From an uncultured Alphaproteobacteria bacterium (GTDB taxonomy: Bacteria; Pseudomonadota; Alphaproteobacteria; ATCC43930; CGMCC-115725), in NCBI GenBank assembly GCA_963797115.1, contig CAWCOH010000001.1, positions 2,251,426 through 2,283,425 on the forward strand: 32,000 nucleotides of DNA, read 5' to 3'. Of this stretch, positions 18,952 through 27,377 are shown one piece after another. Position 1 is the stretch's first letter, and the number at the start of each line of letters is the position of its first letter. The notes under the pieces are model-generated. The model was given only the letters and a program-made list of their open reading frames with translations, did not search any database and had not been told where the DNA came from. The translations under genes and the position numbers were made by a program.

Positions 18952-20390
18952 TTACTGGCTGGGCTGCTTGGCCATGACGCGGCTGATGTTGACCAGGTTA
19001 TCGGCAATCACCCCGAGGCCAACCCAGCGCTTCATCCCGGCGTCGCCCTTATATCGGCTACGACCCAGGCCGTGCCGTCGCTTGACCACACTGATACGAC
19101 CCTCGCAGCCGGTGCGCCATTTCTGGCCGTTGCGGAACCAGCGCTTCTTCTGCTCGCGTTTGCGCTCGGGGCTCTTGGTCGAGCGATTGGGGACGCAGAC
19201 GCGCTTGACGCCCTTGGCCTTGGCGGCCGCCTCGTTTTTGGCCGAGTAGAAGCCGGCATCCGCCGCCACCAGGCGCGGTGTGCAGCCCAGCGTTGCTTGA
19301 TGCGTTTCGATCGCGGCTAGCAGCAGATCCGAGTCGCTGGGCCGCTGATCGTAGACTTCGTAGGCGATGACGATCTGGTTCTCCGCCTCCTGCAATTTGA
19401 CCATCTTGCCGAATTCGGTGGGCTTGCCGGCCTTACCCCCCGCTTTCGCGAGGGCAGGCTTTTACGAATGACCTCGGTCGTGGGCTCGAACAAGCTGACG
19501 ATCTTACCCTCGGCATGGGTGTCACCGGCGAAGACGCGCGCTTTGGTCTGGCGCATCACCTGCCGCACGCGCGGCACCATGCTCTCCAGTTGCCGGCTCA
19601 GCCCCTCCAGCACGACCTGCCGCCGGATGTCGGCCGCCCGCTTGACGCCGTCGCCGATCTGCTTGGCGAAGCGCTTTGCCTGTCCCACCACCCGGCCGGT
19701 TGCCTCCAGTAATCTATGGTAAGCCTGCGCCAACTTCTCGCCGCTTTGTCGACCTTTGGCGCGGGCCGCCCGCGCGATCTCCAGCACCCGCCATTTGACG
19801 CTGCGGCTGCGGTCGCGCAGTTGGGCGCCGGCCGCCCCAGCGATCCCGGTTATCTTCTTCATCGTGCGGGTTAGCACCCGCACCCCGTCGCCCAATAGGC
19901 TGCTGTCGGTGGGGTAGTGAATGTTGGCCTCGACCACCGTGGTGTCGACGCGCATCCGCCGGCCTTGCGCCACCCGATGGTCGCGGGCGATCTGCACGAT
20001 CCGATCATGGATCTGTTTGACCACCAGCGGCCCCACCGCGAGGCCCCAACGGCCCATGGTCTTGGCGTCGGGCATCTTGGTGCCGCCTACCCGGGTGAAG
20101 TCGCGATACACCAGATTGGCCCGCACCTCCCGTTCCAGCACGCCATAACTCCAGTTGCGCATGGGCTTGAGCACAAGCAAACGCAGCACCACCTCGGCCG
20201 GGGTGCCCGGCCGGCCGCGGCTGCGGCTCTGCGGATGCCGCTTGGCGAGAGCCTCGTAGACCGTCGCCACGATCTCCTTGTCGGCCAGCACCCGATCGGC
20301 GTGCTTCATCCACTCTTCGTGCAGACCCTTGACTTCGTCGGCGATCAGCCCGTCGCCAAAGCTGCGCTGCGACCGCCGTGTCTCAATCAC
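18952..20390 (-). pseudogene. IS5-superfamily DDE transposase (InsH-N/DUF772 + DDE), interrupted at 19435-19460
   Basis: N-part (within ORF 19317..20561; GTG at 20390 is a possible start): RRSQRSFGDGLIADEV...LKPMRNWSYGVLEREVRANLVYRDF...VDTTVVEANIHYPTD. C-part (ORF 18952..19404): MVKLQEAENQIVIAYEVY...ADAGFYS...CEGRISVVKRRHGLGRSRYKG...GVIADNLVNI. The two parts are in different frames and are joined through a 26-nt segment. Confidence 0.75.
19435..19460. repeat. REP-type hairpin segment (CCCCCGCTTTCGCGAGGG) lying inside the transposase reading frame
   Basis: On the minus strand the sequence reads ...ACC GAG GTC ATT CGT AAA [AGCCTGCCCTCGCGAAAGCGGGGGGT] AAG GCC GGC AAG CCC ACC GAA TTC GGC AAG ATG GTC.... 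The 26 nt between the two Lys codons is not a multiple of 3. Its core matches 18 of 22 positions of the right-hand REP unit at about 15491-15514. Confidence 0.6.
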
Positions 20391-20757
20391 GGTTCTGCCT
20401 GGCGCGTCTTGGCGCGGCGTCGTCCGGCCGCAGCAGTGCATGGTTGAGCTCGCAGATGTCCTCGAGCGCTTCCTTGAGCTTGTGGTAATTGCCGAGCCAG
20501 CGGCGCACTTCATCAACCTGTTCGCGGCGCAGGCTGAACTGGCGAGTACGGCCGCCGGCATAGCTGATGGTCAGAACCCACAGCGGGTGCCCGCCGCCGC
20601 CGGCGCAGATCGTGCAGCCGCTGGTGTGGCGCACGGTCCGCTCGAACAGCGAGCCGCGCAGAATCTCTCCGGTCACCGGCAACTGGGTGACGAGCGCTTG
20701 GCGCGTCGCGATGATCTGGCGTCGGATGGCCAAGCGCGGCGCCACCGAGATAGGCAC
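20383..20757 (-). CDS. DUF6788-like small protein (IS-associated accessory ORF?); start and integrity uncertain
   Basis: ILRGSLFERTVRHTSGCTICAGGGGHPLWVLTISYAGGRTRQFSLRREQVDEVRRWLGNYHKLKEALEDICELNHALL resembles, from memory, the IRGS..ER..RCGK..C.CA.G..HGP..YL....GK pattern of DUF6788. Its 3' end runs into the putative IS5 terminus, and its 5' end overlaps the sulfatase stump. Confidence 0.4.
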   Translation of the reverse strand: MPISVAPRLAIRRQIIATRQALVTQLPVTGEILRGSLFERTVRHTSGCTICAGGGGHPLWVLTISYAGGRTRQFSLRREQVDEVRRWLGNYHKLKEALEDICELNHALLRPDDAAPRRARQNRD

Positions 20758-20911
20758 CGAGATCGGCCCATCCCGTGTCGTCGCTCATCAGCATGACGAC
20801 GTTGGGCCGCTTCTGCTGCGCCTGCGCCGGGTTCAAAACCCCGGCTGCGGCCAGCACTACCCCGGCGGCGAACGCACCGAGCCTTGGCCAAGTAAGGTGC
20901 CGAACTTGCAT
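20717..20911 (-). pseudogene. 5' remnant of a secreted arylsulfatase gene (first ~65 codons only)
   Basis: GGAGGT-AAAA-ATG start at 20911. Signal peptide MQVRHLTWPRLGAFAAGVVLAAAGVLNPAQA/QQ, then KRPNVVMLMSDDTGWADLGAYLGGAALGHPTP (sulfatase N-terminal metal-binding DD motif). Sulfatase-like sequence stops after about 20717. Confidence 0.6.
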
Positions 20912-20995
20912 TTTTACCTCCAGTTTGCCGAAACAGCGGCTGTTATCGAGCGAAATTACCCAGCCCGCGGACGGGGTTACGGCGTCGGCTTGAGT

Positions 20996-21547
20996 TCAGG
21001 CGCCGGGCGCTCCGGGCCCTTGCACGATGATTTCGATGCGCCGGTTTTTCGCCCGGTTCGCCGGGGTGTCGTTCGGGGCAACCGGATGGGTATCGCCAAA
21101 CCCCTTGGCCGAGATGATGTTCGGGTTGACGCCCTGCGCGACCAGGTAGGTGACGACGTCGCCGGCGCGCCGGGACAACAAGGTCAGATTGTCGTTGATC
21201 CCGGCCCGCTTCAGCGGCGCTCCCACCGGCAAATTGTCGGTGTAGCCGTAGACGACGACCTTGGCATTCTGCAGCCCGGTGAGCTTGGGGACGATTTTGC
21301 TGCTGAGTTCGGCCTTGCCGTCGGGGCTGAGCTGATAACCGCCCTCCGGGAACAACAGGTCGCCGGCCTCGACAAACCGCGCCTCGCGCTGCAGCCCCGC
21401 GACCTGCCCCTGCAGCTGCTGGTTCTGCGCCTGTAGCTGCTGGTTCTGCGCCTGCAGCTTGTCATAGTCGCTCTGCCATACGCAGGCCGACAACATCAGC
21501 ATCGTGAGCGGGACGACGGATGCTGTCGCGGCTGTAAACTTGATCAT
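20996..21547 (-). CDS. OmpA/MotB/Pal-family peptidoglycan-binding lipoprotein with a coiled-coil heptad repeat
   Basis: 183 aa. Lipobox LMLSAC, LQAQNQQLQAQNQQLQGQ repeat, and a C-terminal OmpA-like domain YGYTDNLPVG...LSRRAGDVVTYLVAQGV...NRRIEIIV. Confidence 0.85.
   Translation of the reverse strand: MIKFTAATASVVPLTMLMLSACVWQSDYDKLQAQNQQLQAQNQQLQGQVAGLQREARFVEAGDLLFPEGGYQLSPDGKAELSSKIVPKLTGLQNAKVVVYGYTDNLPVGAPLKRAGINDNLTLLSRRAGDVVTYLVAQGVNPNIISAKGFGDTHPVAPNDTPANRAKNRRIEIIVQGPGAPGA
21410..21460. repeat. 21-bp tandem repeat (about 2.4 copies) inside the OmpA-like gene
   Basis: CTGCAGCTGCTGGTTCTGCGC / CTGTAGCTGCTGGTTCTGCGC / CTGCAGCTT. It encodes the LQAQNQQ heptads. Confidence 0.8.
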
Positions 21548-21658
21548 GGCGCGGTCTCCAAATGGGTCTACGGTCGAAGGGCAAGGCTTGCCCGACGCTC
21601 AACGTTGGGCGTCCGACCGTTTGGCCGACTATTCACTTTCGGCAGAAAAATGCCGCTG

Positions 21659-22029
21659 CTACTCGTATTGCCGACGAAGTGTGGTGGACGGCGCTTCCCG
21701 GAACAGCGACTTGTATTCGCCGGCAAAGCGTCCGAATTGCCAGAAGCCGTACCGCGTGGCGACCTCGGTCACTGTTGTCGCGGTCGGAGCGCTCTCGCGC
21801 AAGGCCCGTCGCGCGAGATGCATCCGGCGCAATAGCAGGTATCGCTTGGGGCTCATCCCCAACTGCTCCTGGCAGCACACCCGCAATGTCCGGTCCGCCA
21901 CCCCGATCGCCGCGCAGAGTTCCGGGATATAAAGCGGTTGATCGGGATTTTCCTCCGCCGCCCTGCGAAACCGACGCATGATCAGCGCATGCTGCCGCAG
22001 CGCCGACCTGTCCTCGCCAGTCGACCCCT
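21659..22029 (-). pseudogene. AraC-family transcriptional regulator, C-terminal (HTH) fragment; gene split by IS21
   Basis: STGEDRSALRQHALIMRRFRRAAEENPDQPLYIPELCAAIGVADRTLRVCCQEQLGMSPKRYLLLRRMHLARRAL...VTEVATRYGFWQFGRFAGEYKSLFRE is a double AraC HTH. It joins in frame with the fragment at 24391..24999 once the IS and one TSD copy are removed. Confidence 0.8.
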
Positions 22030-22230
22030 TGTCAACCGACTTCCGGAACTGGACCCTTTTCGACATTGAGAACTGGACCCCCGGGTTAAGTGATGTAGCC
22101 CCGAGGCTCGGTCGGGGCAGCTTGTCCAGGTAGTGCACAGGAGGGACCCGCGCGCTGCGCAGCGACCGCCAAGAGTCTGGCGGAGCAGCGCGCGGGAGGT
22201 TCCTGTGTACCCACCTGGGCAAGCTCCTGG

Positions 22231-23019
22231 TCATGTTGGTACTGGCACGCTCTGCGCGATGGGCGGCGCCTTCAGCAAGCCGGTGCGCCGCTTCTCGCGG
22301 AGCCGGTAGCTGTCGCCGCGAATGGTGAGGACGTGGCTGTGATGGAGGAGACGGTCGAGGATGGCGGTTGCCACCACGGCGTCGCCGAACACCGTTCCCC
22401 ACTCGCCGATGGATCGATTGCTGGTGATCAGCATGCTGCCCCGCTCGTAGCGCCGCGAGACGAGCTGAAAGAATAGATGCGCCGCATTGGGCTCGAACGG
22501 CAGATAGCCGAGCTCGTCGACGATCAGCAGTTTCGGTTTGCCAAAGTGGGTGAGGCGATCCTCGAGCCGGCCCTCGCTATGGGCCTTGGCGAGCTGGGCC
22601 ACCAGGGTCGGCGCCTGAGCGAACAGCACGGTATAGCCTGCTAGGATCGCCTGGCGCCCGATCGCCACTGCCAGATGCGTCTTGCCGACCCCGGGCGGAC
22701 CCAACAACAGCACCGCCTCGGCATTGGCGATGAAGCGCCCGGCGGCGATCTCGCGGATCTGCTTCTTGTCGATCGAGGGCTGGGCGGCGAAGTCGAAGCC
22801 GTCGAGATCGCGGACGAATGGGAAGCGCGCCAGCCCGATGCTCATCTCGATCCGCCGTTCATCCTTACGGCCGATCTCGCGCTCGCAGAATAGAGAGAGC
22901 GCCTCTCGAATGGTCAGCTCACGCCGGGCCGCCTCATCGATCAGACTGTCGAGCTGATCGCGGATCGCCGTCAGCTTGAGCCGGTTTAGCATCGCGACCA
23001 GGTGATCATGCTCCATCAC
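22231..23019 (-). CDS. istB: IS21-family helper ATPase IstB
   Basis: 262 aa. Walker A LLLGPPGVGKTHLA, Walker B KLLIVDELGYLPF, ITSNRSIGEWG. Its ATG overlaps the istA stop (ATGA at 23016-23019). Confidence 0.9.
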   Translation of the reverse strand: MMEHDHLVAMLNRLKLTAIRDQLDSLIDEAARRELTIREALSLFCEREIGRKDERRIEMSIGLARFPFVRDLDGFDFAAQPSIDKKQIREIAAGRFIANAEAVLLLGPPGVGKTHLAVAIGRQAILAGYTVLFAQAPTLVAQLAKAHSEGRLEDRLTHFGKPKLLIVDELGYLPFEPNAAHLFFQLVSRRYERGSMLITSNRSIGEWGTVFGDAVVATAILDRLLHHSHVLTIRGDSYRLREKRRTGLLKAPPIAQSVPVPT

Positions 23020-24260
23020 CAGCGCCCTCCGACCACGCGCTCGTATTCGAGGAGCGGGCGCAATAGCTCATCTGCGCCGATCGGTTCGGGAGTTGGGACG
23101 GTCGCGAGCCGGGCCTTTGAGCCGAAGCCGACGACGCCGTCGAAGTGGACCGGGTCGACAACACGCTCGAACCGGCCGGTCCGGCGATGGTGAACCGCGA
23201 CCTCCCGCCCGGCATGGCTGATGCGGAGCAGATCGCCGGCGATTACCACGCGCACGGTTTCACCGATCAGCCGCCACGGCACCGAATAGGCATTGCTATC
23301 GACCTCAATGACGCAATCAGCCTGCACCTTGCGCACCAGCTCGCGTGCCATCTCAAACGGGCGAACCTCAGTGATCGAGCGCAACGCGCCAGCCTCGGCG
23401 CGCCGAAAGCGCTCAATCGGCGCCTCGCCGGTCGTGCCGTGCACCCGCTGATCGGCGACGTCGCGCGTCCATCCCTCGAGATGGGCTTCCAATGCCGACC
23501 AGCTCTCGAACTGCCGTCCAGCAATGGCGTTCTTCTTGACATAGCCGACGCCACGCTCGTCCTTCCCCTTGGTGCGCGCCCGGTAGGGTGCACAGGCGCG
23601 CGGCCGAAAACCCCAATGCTTGGCGAACGCGTGAAGCCGGGCATTGAACTCGACTTCCCGAGTCACCCGGTCGTGACGAGCGACGAGCCCGCGATCATTG
23701 TCGAGCAGCACCTCCTCGGTAATCCCGCCGAAGTGACGGAAGGCGCCCTCCACGCCAGCAAACCAACTCTCCTGGCGCTCGTTGCGGAACGGCCGGACAT
23801 AGAGCCGCCGCGAATAGCCCAACGTCGCCACAAACAGGTACACCTTGACGTTCTCGTCGCCGATCATTGCTCGGCGCTCGCCGAAGTCGATCTGCAGCTG
23901 CTTGCCAGGCGGCGTCTCAAAGCGGATCGTCGCCCGCGCTTCCGCCTCCAGTTCGCGCCGTAAGTGACGCACTTCGCGCTCGACCGTCCGCAGCGTCAAA
24001 CGGATCCCCTTCTCGCGCTCGAGCTCCTGTCGAACCACATCGGCATTGCCGGCATGCCGGCGGAAACGCTCCGCCACCCACTCCTCGAGCCCGGTCAGCG
24101 TCCGCGGCCGACCGCGACCGCGATACGCTACCCAGCCGCCTTCTGACAAATACCGACGAACCGTCATGTGGCTGCATCCCAGCTCGCCCGCGATCCGCCG
24201 AACACCCCACCCCAGCGCCTTCAACCGCAGCATCGCCGCGACCTCGTCCGGCGTCTGCAT
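23016..24260 (-). CDS. istA: IS21-family transposase IstA
   Basis: HTH GWGVRRIAGELGCSHMTVRRYL and a DDE core (LQIDFGE..., LLDNDRGLV, TKGKDERGVGYVKKN). I chose the ATG at 24260 because of the GGAGGGAGG upstream. ATGs at 24314 and 24347 are alternatives. Confidence 0.85.
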   Translation of the reverse strand: MQTPDEVAAMLRLKALGWGVRRIAGELGCSHMTVRRYLSEGGWVAYRGRGRPRTLTGLEEWVAERFRRHAGNADVVRQELEREKGIRLTLRTVEREVRHLRRELEAEARATIRFETPPGKQLQIDFGERRAMIGDENVKVYLFVATLGYSRRLYVRPFRNERQESWFAGVEGAFRHFGGITEEVLLDNDRGLVARHDRVTREVEFNARLHAFAKHWGFRPRACAPYRARTKGKDERGVGYVKKNAIAGRQFESWSALEAHLEGWTRDVADQRVHGTTGEAPIERFRRAEAGALRSITEVRPFEMARELVRKVQADCVIEVDSNAYSVPWRLIGETVRVVIAGDLLRISHAGREVAVHHRRTGRFERVVDPVHFDGVVGFGSKARLATVPTPEPIGADELLRPLLEYERVVGGRW

Positions 24261-24390
24261 CACCTCCCTCCGCGGTAACTCCCCCCGCGAAGTAGGCTGT
24301 ACCCAATCGTCCATTATCGAACCCTTCTCTTCAAAGAGGGGGTCCAATTCTCAATGTCGCTACAGGTCCAGTTTTATCTGTCGCCCGACA

Positions 24391-24999
24391 CCCCTCGCCG
24401 AGGCAACCGACCATGGCTTCGATCAGTGCCTGCTCAAGACCGCGGGCTGCCTCGGGATGGGCAATGACCGCGGGAGCGTCTTCCGTCGGTTGCCCGGCCG
24501 CCGCGTGTAACTGCTGGAGCTTCGCCAATGCGTGTGGTGCGGGAGTAAGGCTCAGCATATCTTTCGGCGGGGCGAGGTCGCATCCGGCCATTATTGTCCC
24601 GCCGCAAGCCATATCTTCCACCGGAAGTGACATGGCACCGAAGCAAGCGAGCCCGGATGAAAGCTGATGTGCCTCATGACCCTCACTGTGCCGGGTGATG
24701 TTAGCCGGCTCCATTGCCACACCGCTCCAAAGCAGGCTCGGTCCAGACTGTGTACGGAACGTGATGATTGCTCGTCTGGGCAAAAAAGCCGATTGCGCAA
24801 CCCGCGGCAGGCTCTCCGAGAAGCGCTGCATCCACAGGCGATGCAGATCGATTCGGATGAGTTTCGCAGCGAATTCTCCGCGCCCGGTGACCGTGAACTC
24901 GGCCCTTGTCGCGCGGATCGCAGATGCGTAATCGTCTGAGTCGATGAATGTGCGGACTGCGCTCGACGGAATCTCGACCCCCCGGAGGATTCGACGCAT
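24391..24999 (-). pseudogene. AraC-family regulator, N-terminal (ligand/dimerisation) fragment of the IS21-split gene
   Basis: MRRILRGVEIPSSAVRTFIDSDDYASAIRA...GLEQALIEAMVGCLGEG, after which the reading runs into the IS21 end (CRATDKTGPVATLRIGPPL*). The reconstructed gene is 975 nt (324 aa). Confidence 0.8.
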
Positions 25000-25044
25000 G
25001 TGCTTGAGTGACCGGCGCCTCTGCGTCTAACCAAGTCAACGCTG

Positions 25045-25859
25045 TCACGAAATCTTCATGCGGGGTCCGCGCCGGCGGCGAACGTACTCGGTCGGCCCCA
25101 TGCCGAGCTGTTCGTCGCAGGATAGGTGAAGGGTTCGCACCGGGATGCCGAGCGTCTGACAGATTTCGCCCGTCCGGAAGATCCGCTCCGGCTCCGCTTC
25201 CAACAGCGCTTCGAAGCGGACCGCGACGTCCTGGCGCTCGATTGTTGCGCGCGGCGCCTCGATGGCCGAGCCCGTCGCGAGGCACTCGACGAGGGCATCG
25301 ATTAATTGCTGCTCCAGCCCGTGGGCGGTTTCGCCGGCAATCAGCACGTTTGACCGACGTTCGATCGCGGCAATGCCGACCGAATGGAGGTGGCGGAGAT
25401 CCTGATCATCGCCGGCCGCAACCGCCACGATTGGGCGGCGCAAGGAACGGCGAAGGCGGCTCCCATCATCGCGCCGCCATAGCGAGCCAGCTCCGCGGCC
25501 GGCAACCAGATCGGCCCCCAGCGGCAGGGCCCGTCGGTTCGCATGTGCAGGCGCCGGCCCGCTCCGAGCGTCATGATATCGCCCGCTCCCAACCTGACTC
25601 CGCCCCAGATCAGCGCGGGTCCGCTGCCGCTCGGCAATGACACCAGGATCATGTCAGCCGGCACGGCAACAAGGGCGACCCGCGGCAGGTGCTCCTCGGC
25701 AGCTGACAACCGCAGGCGGTGCAAGGCGACCCGGGTGAGCCGCGCTCGAAACGCGCCAGGTCCGGTGACTAGCAGGCCGAGGCAGCCCTCCTCGCGTAAC
25801 GCAACCTCGAAATCCTCCGCCTCGCTGAACACCGAAGTAACACTGCTCGGCATATCCAC
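25045..25859 (-). pseudogene. decayed AraC-family paralogue (frameshift near 25430-25445 and loss of the second HTH)
   Basis: ORF 25341..25859 (MPSSVTSVFSEAEDFEVALRE...) is collinear with the N-part of the neighbouring AraC gene. ORF 25045..25443 continues in another frame (DLRHLHSVG...GLEQQLIDALVECL...ICQTLGIPVRTLHLSCDEQLGMGPTEYVRRRR). It then stops about 55 aa short of the neighbour. Confidence 0.6.
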
Positions 25860-25932
25860 CTGGCCGTTCCACTGTCGAACCGAGGGTGCCGGGTGTGATC
25901 CGCGGTCGGCTATTCAATTTCGGCATAATCTC

Positions 25933-26208
25933 GACGTCGTCGATTACGATCCCCATGTCGTCGGCAAGATGGCCGCCCACATCGTCCTGCCCTGGGTTCA
26001 CCGGATCTTCTCCAACCTCAAGGTCTGGGCCTTGGGGGTCTATCACGGGCTGCGCCGCAAGCACCTCCAATCCTACCTCGACGAATTCGTCTTCCGCTTC
26101 AACCGCCGGCGCACCCGGCACGCCGCGTTTCGATCCCTGCTCGGCATCGCCGCCGCGCACCAGCCGCTCCCCTACAAGATGTTGATTTCACCGGAAGCAA
26201 AGGCATAA
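25933..26208 (+). pseudogene. IS1595-family transposase, C-terminal remnant only
   Basis: DYDPHVVGKMAAHIVLPWVHRIFSNLKVWALGVYHGLRRKHLQSYLDEFVFRFNRRRTRHAAFRSLLGI matches the conserved C-terminus of IS1595/ISXO2-like transposases. No N-terminal zinc-ribbon or DDE part lies upstream. Confidence 0.7.
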
Positions 26209-27170
26209 GCCTTCACTGACATTCAAATTCCCTCATAACCCAAATTAATAGCGCAATATTGCGGTGCGGTAACGGCGGCATCTAATATAAGTTGGCGCGT
26301 CGCGTATTCGAATACCGTTGAAGACCGAGTCTTTATTGGGACATTCGGTCTGTTTATCACCTCTCTTCAACCGTAACACACCTGGCGGGTGGGTGCGGTC
26401 GTCAAGCGAGGGTAACCCGTGACGCTCGGGTGGTCGCACTTCACGAGATATCCCGCGCCCCGCAGCTGTTACGCTTGCCGTTCTGACCACCACTGGACGT
26501 TACGGCGAGCACCAGAAGGGAGCCGCTATGGCGCTCGACGGGCTCCAACACCGCAAGCAACGATGGGTTGAGTTTCAAATCACTCGTCAGGCACGTTTCC
26601 AAGTAAGCCTTTGGATGATTTAAATATATCTGTAGAGAACTCCAAAAGTTAGTGCCGAAATTTATTTTTATCAAGTAGAAACGGATAATTGATCCTCGCC
26701 AGGCAGGAAATGTTTTTTACACTATGGTCATCGCGTATTCATGGGCGAGTGATCTTCAAGGGTGGTTTTTCGACTCGCCGGTGCCCTTTTAAATCGCGAT
26801 TCAGTCTTCATCCCGTCTCAGGGAACACGGAGTGAAATGTGGCGAGTTCCAGCCCAACGATCCGGTGCTTCGGCTCTATCAGCGTGAGCTTGCCTTTGTT
26901 GGGGCGGCTAGGCCAAGCCTACCGCCGCCCATTTCTCGATCTCTTCCTTTTCGCGCAGAAGACTGTCGATTTCCGCTTCCACCGTCTTGACGCGTTCCTC
27001 TTGCCCTTCTGCCACCGCCTTTCTGTGTTCGACGAAGCGTTCCATCAGCAAGTCTTAAAGCTCCGTGATCCTGGTTCGCTCCTCTGGAGTTAGAATCCCT
27101 CTGTGCTGACCCATTCTTTTCGCCCTCCCAAGGCGCGCTTGCTGCTTGACTGAGGAACGCACGGAAGAAG

Positions 27171-27377
27171 TCAACAGTTTCGTTCGCAGTCTTGGCTCGC
27201 CAACTCCCTTCTCCGGAGCACAGCCGGGGTAGCAGCGGCTCGGGCGAGCAGATCGAAGCTTTCGGCAAGCTCCAATACCGCTTTTCTTGCGCCAGGATCG
27301 GTCAATTGCCCAGCTACCTCCCGCGCTTGCTCGGCGCGATTGAGCCACTCCAAAGCTTCTTTCAACATCGACAGCAT
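27171..27377 (-). CDS. small helical hypothetical protein (68 aa)
   Basis: GGGAGGA lies 5 nt before the ATG at 27377. Product: MLSMLKEALEWLNRAEQAREVAGQLTDPGARKAVLELAESFDLLARAA... It looks like a real helical protein, but I cannot assign a family. Confidence 0.4.
   Translation of the reverse strand: MLSMLKEALEWLNRAEQAREVAGQLTDPGARKAVLELAESFDLLARAAATPAVLRRRELASQDCERNC

Larger units (their letters stand above)
18929..20399 (-). mobile_element. IS5-superfamily insertion sequence (boundaries tentative)
   Basis: It contains the disrupted transposase. The candidate imperfect terminal repeats are GGCAGGGTGTGAAGTGAG (18929 onward) and GGCAGAACCGTGATTGAG (reverse complement of about 20382-20399). I found no convincing target duplication, so the ends are uncertain. 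Confidence 0.45.
22030..24390 (-). mobile_element. IS21-family insertion sequence, apparently intact (2361 bp)
   Basis: The terminal inverted repeats both start TGTC. Left: TGTCAACCGACTTCCGGAACTGGACCCTTTTCGACATTGAGAACTGGACCCCC. Right (reverse complement): TGTCGGGCGACAGATAAAACTGGACCTGTAGCGACATTGAGAATTGGACCCCC. That is about 39 of 53 matches, with AACTGGACC-type sub-repeats. A 5-bp direct duplication CCCCT flanks the element at 22025-22029 and 24391-24395. It carries istA and istB. Confidence 0.85.

Noticed and set aside
20505-20521. CACTTCATCAACCTG resembles the reverse complement of the left IS5-like flank (CACTTCACACCCTG). Considered as the right inverted repeat.
   Set aside because: It falls in the middle of the region where the DUF6788-like similarity continues on both sides, so an IS boundary there is unlikely.
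26245-26674. ORFs 26245..26493(-) and 26441..26674(-) just after the IS1595 remnant, and the two 12-bp palindromes at 26252-26263 and 26304-26315. Considered as small genes or operator sites.
   Set aside because: No SD or plausible starts, and the translations are not protein-like except for a short AT-rich stretch. The palindromes may simply belong to the IS1595 terminal region. This is folded into the island finding rather than called.
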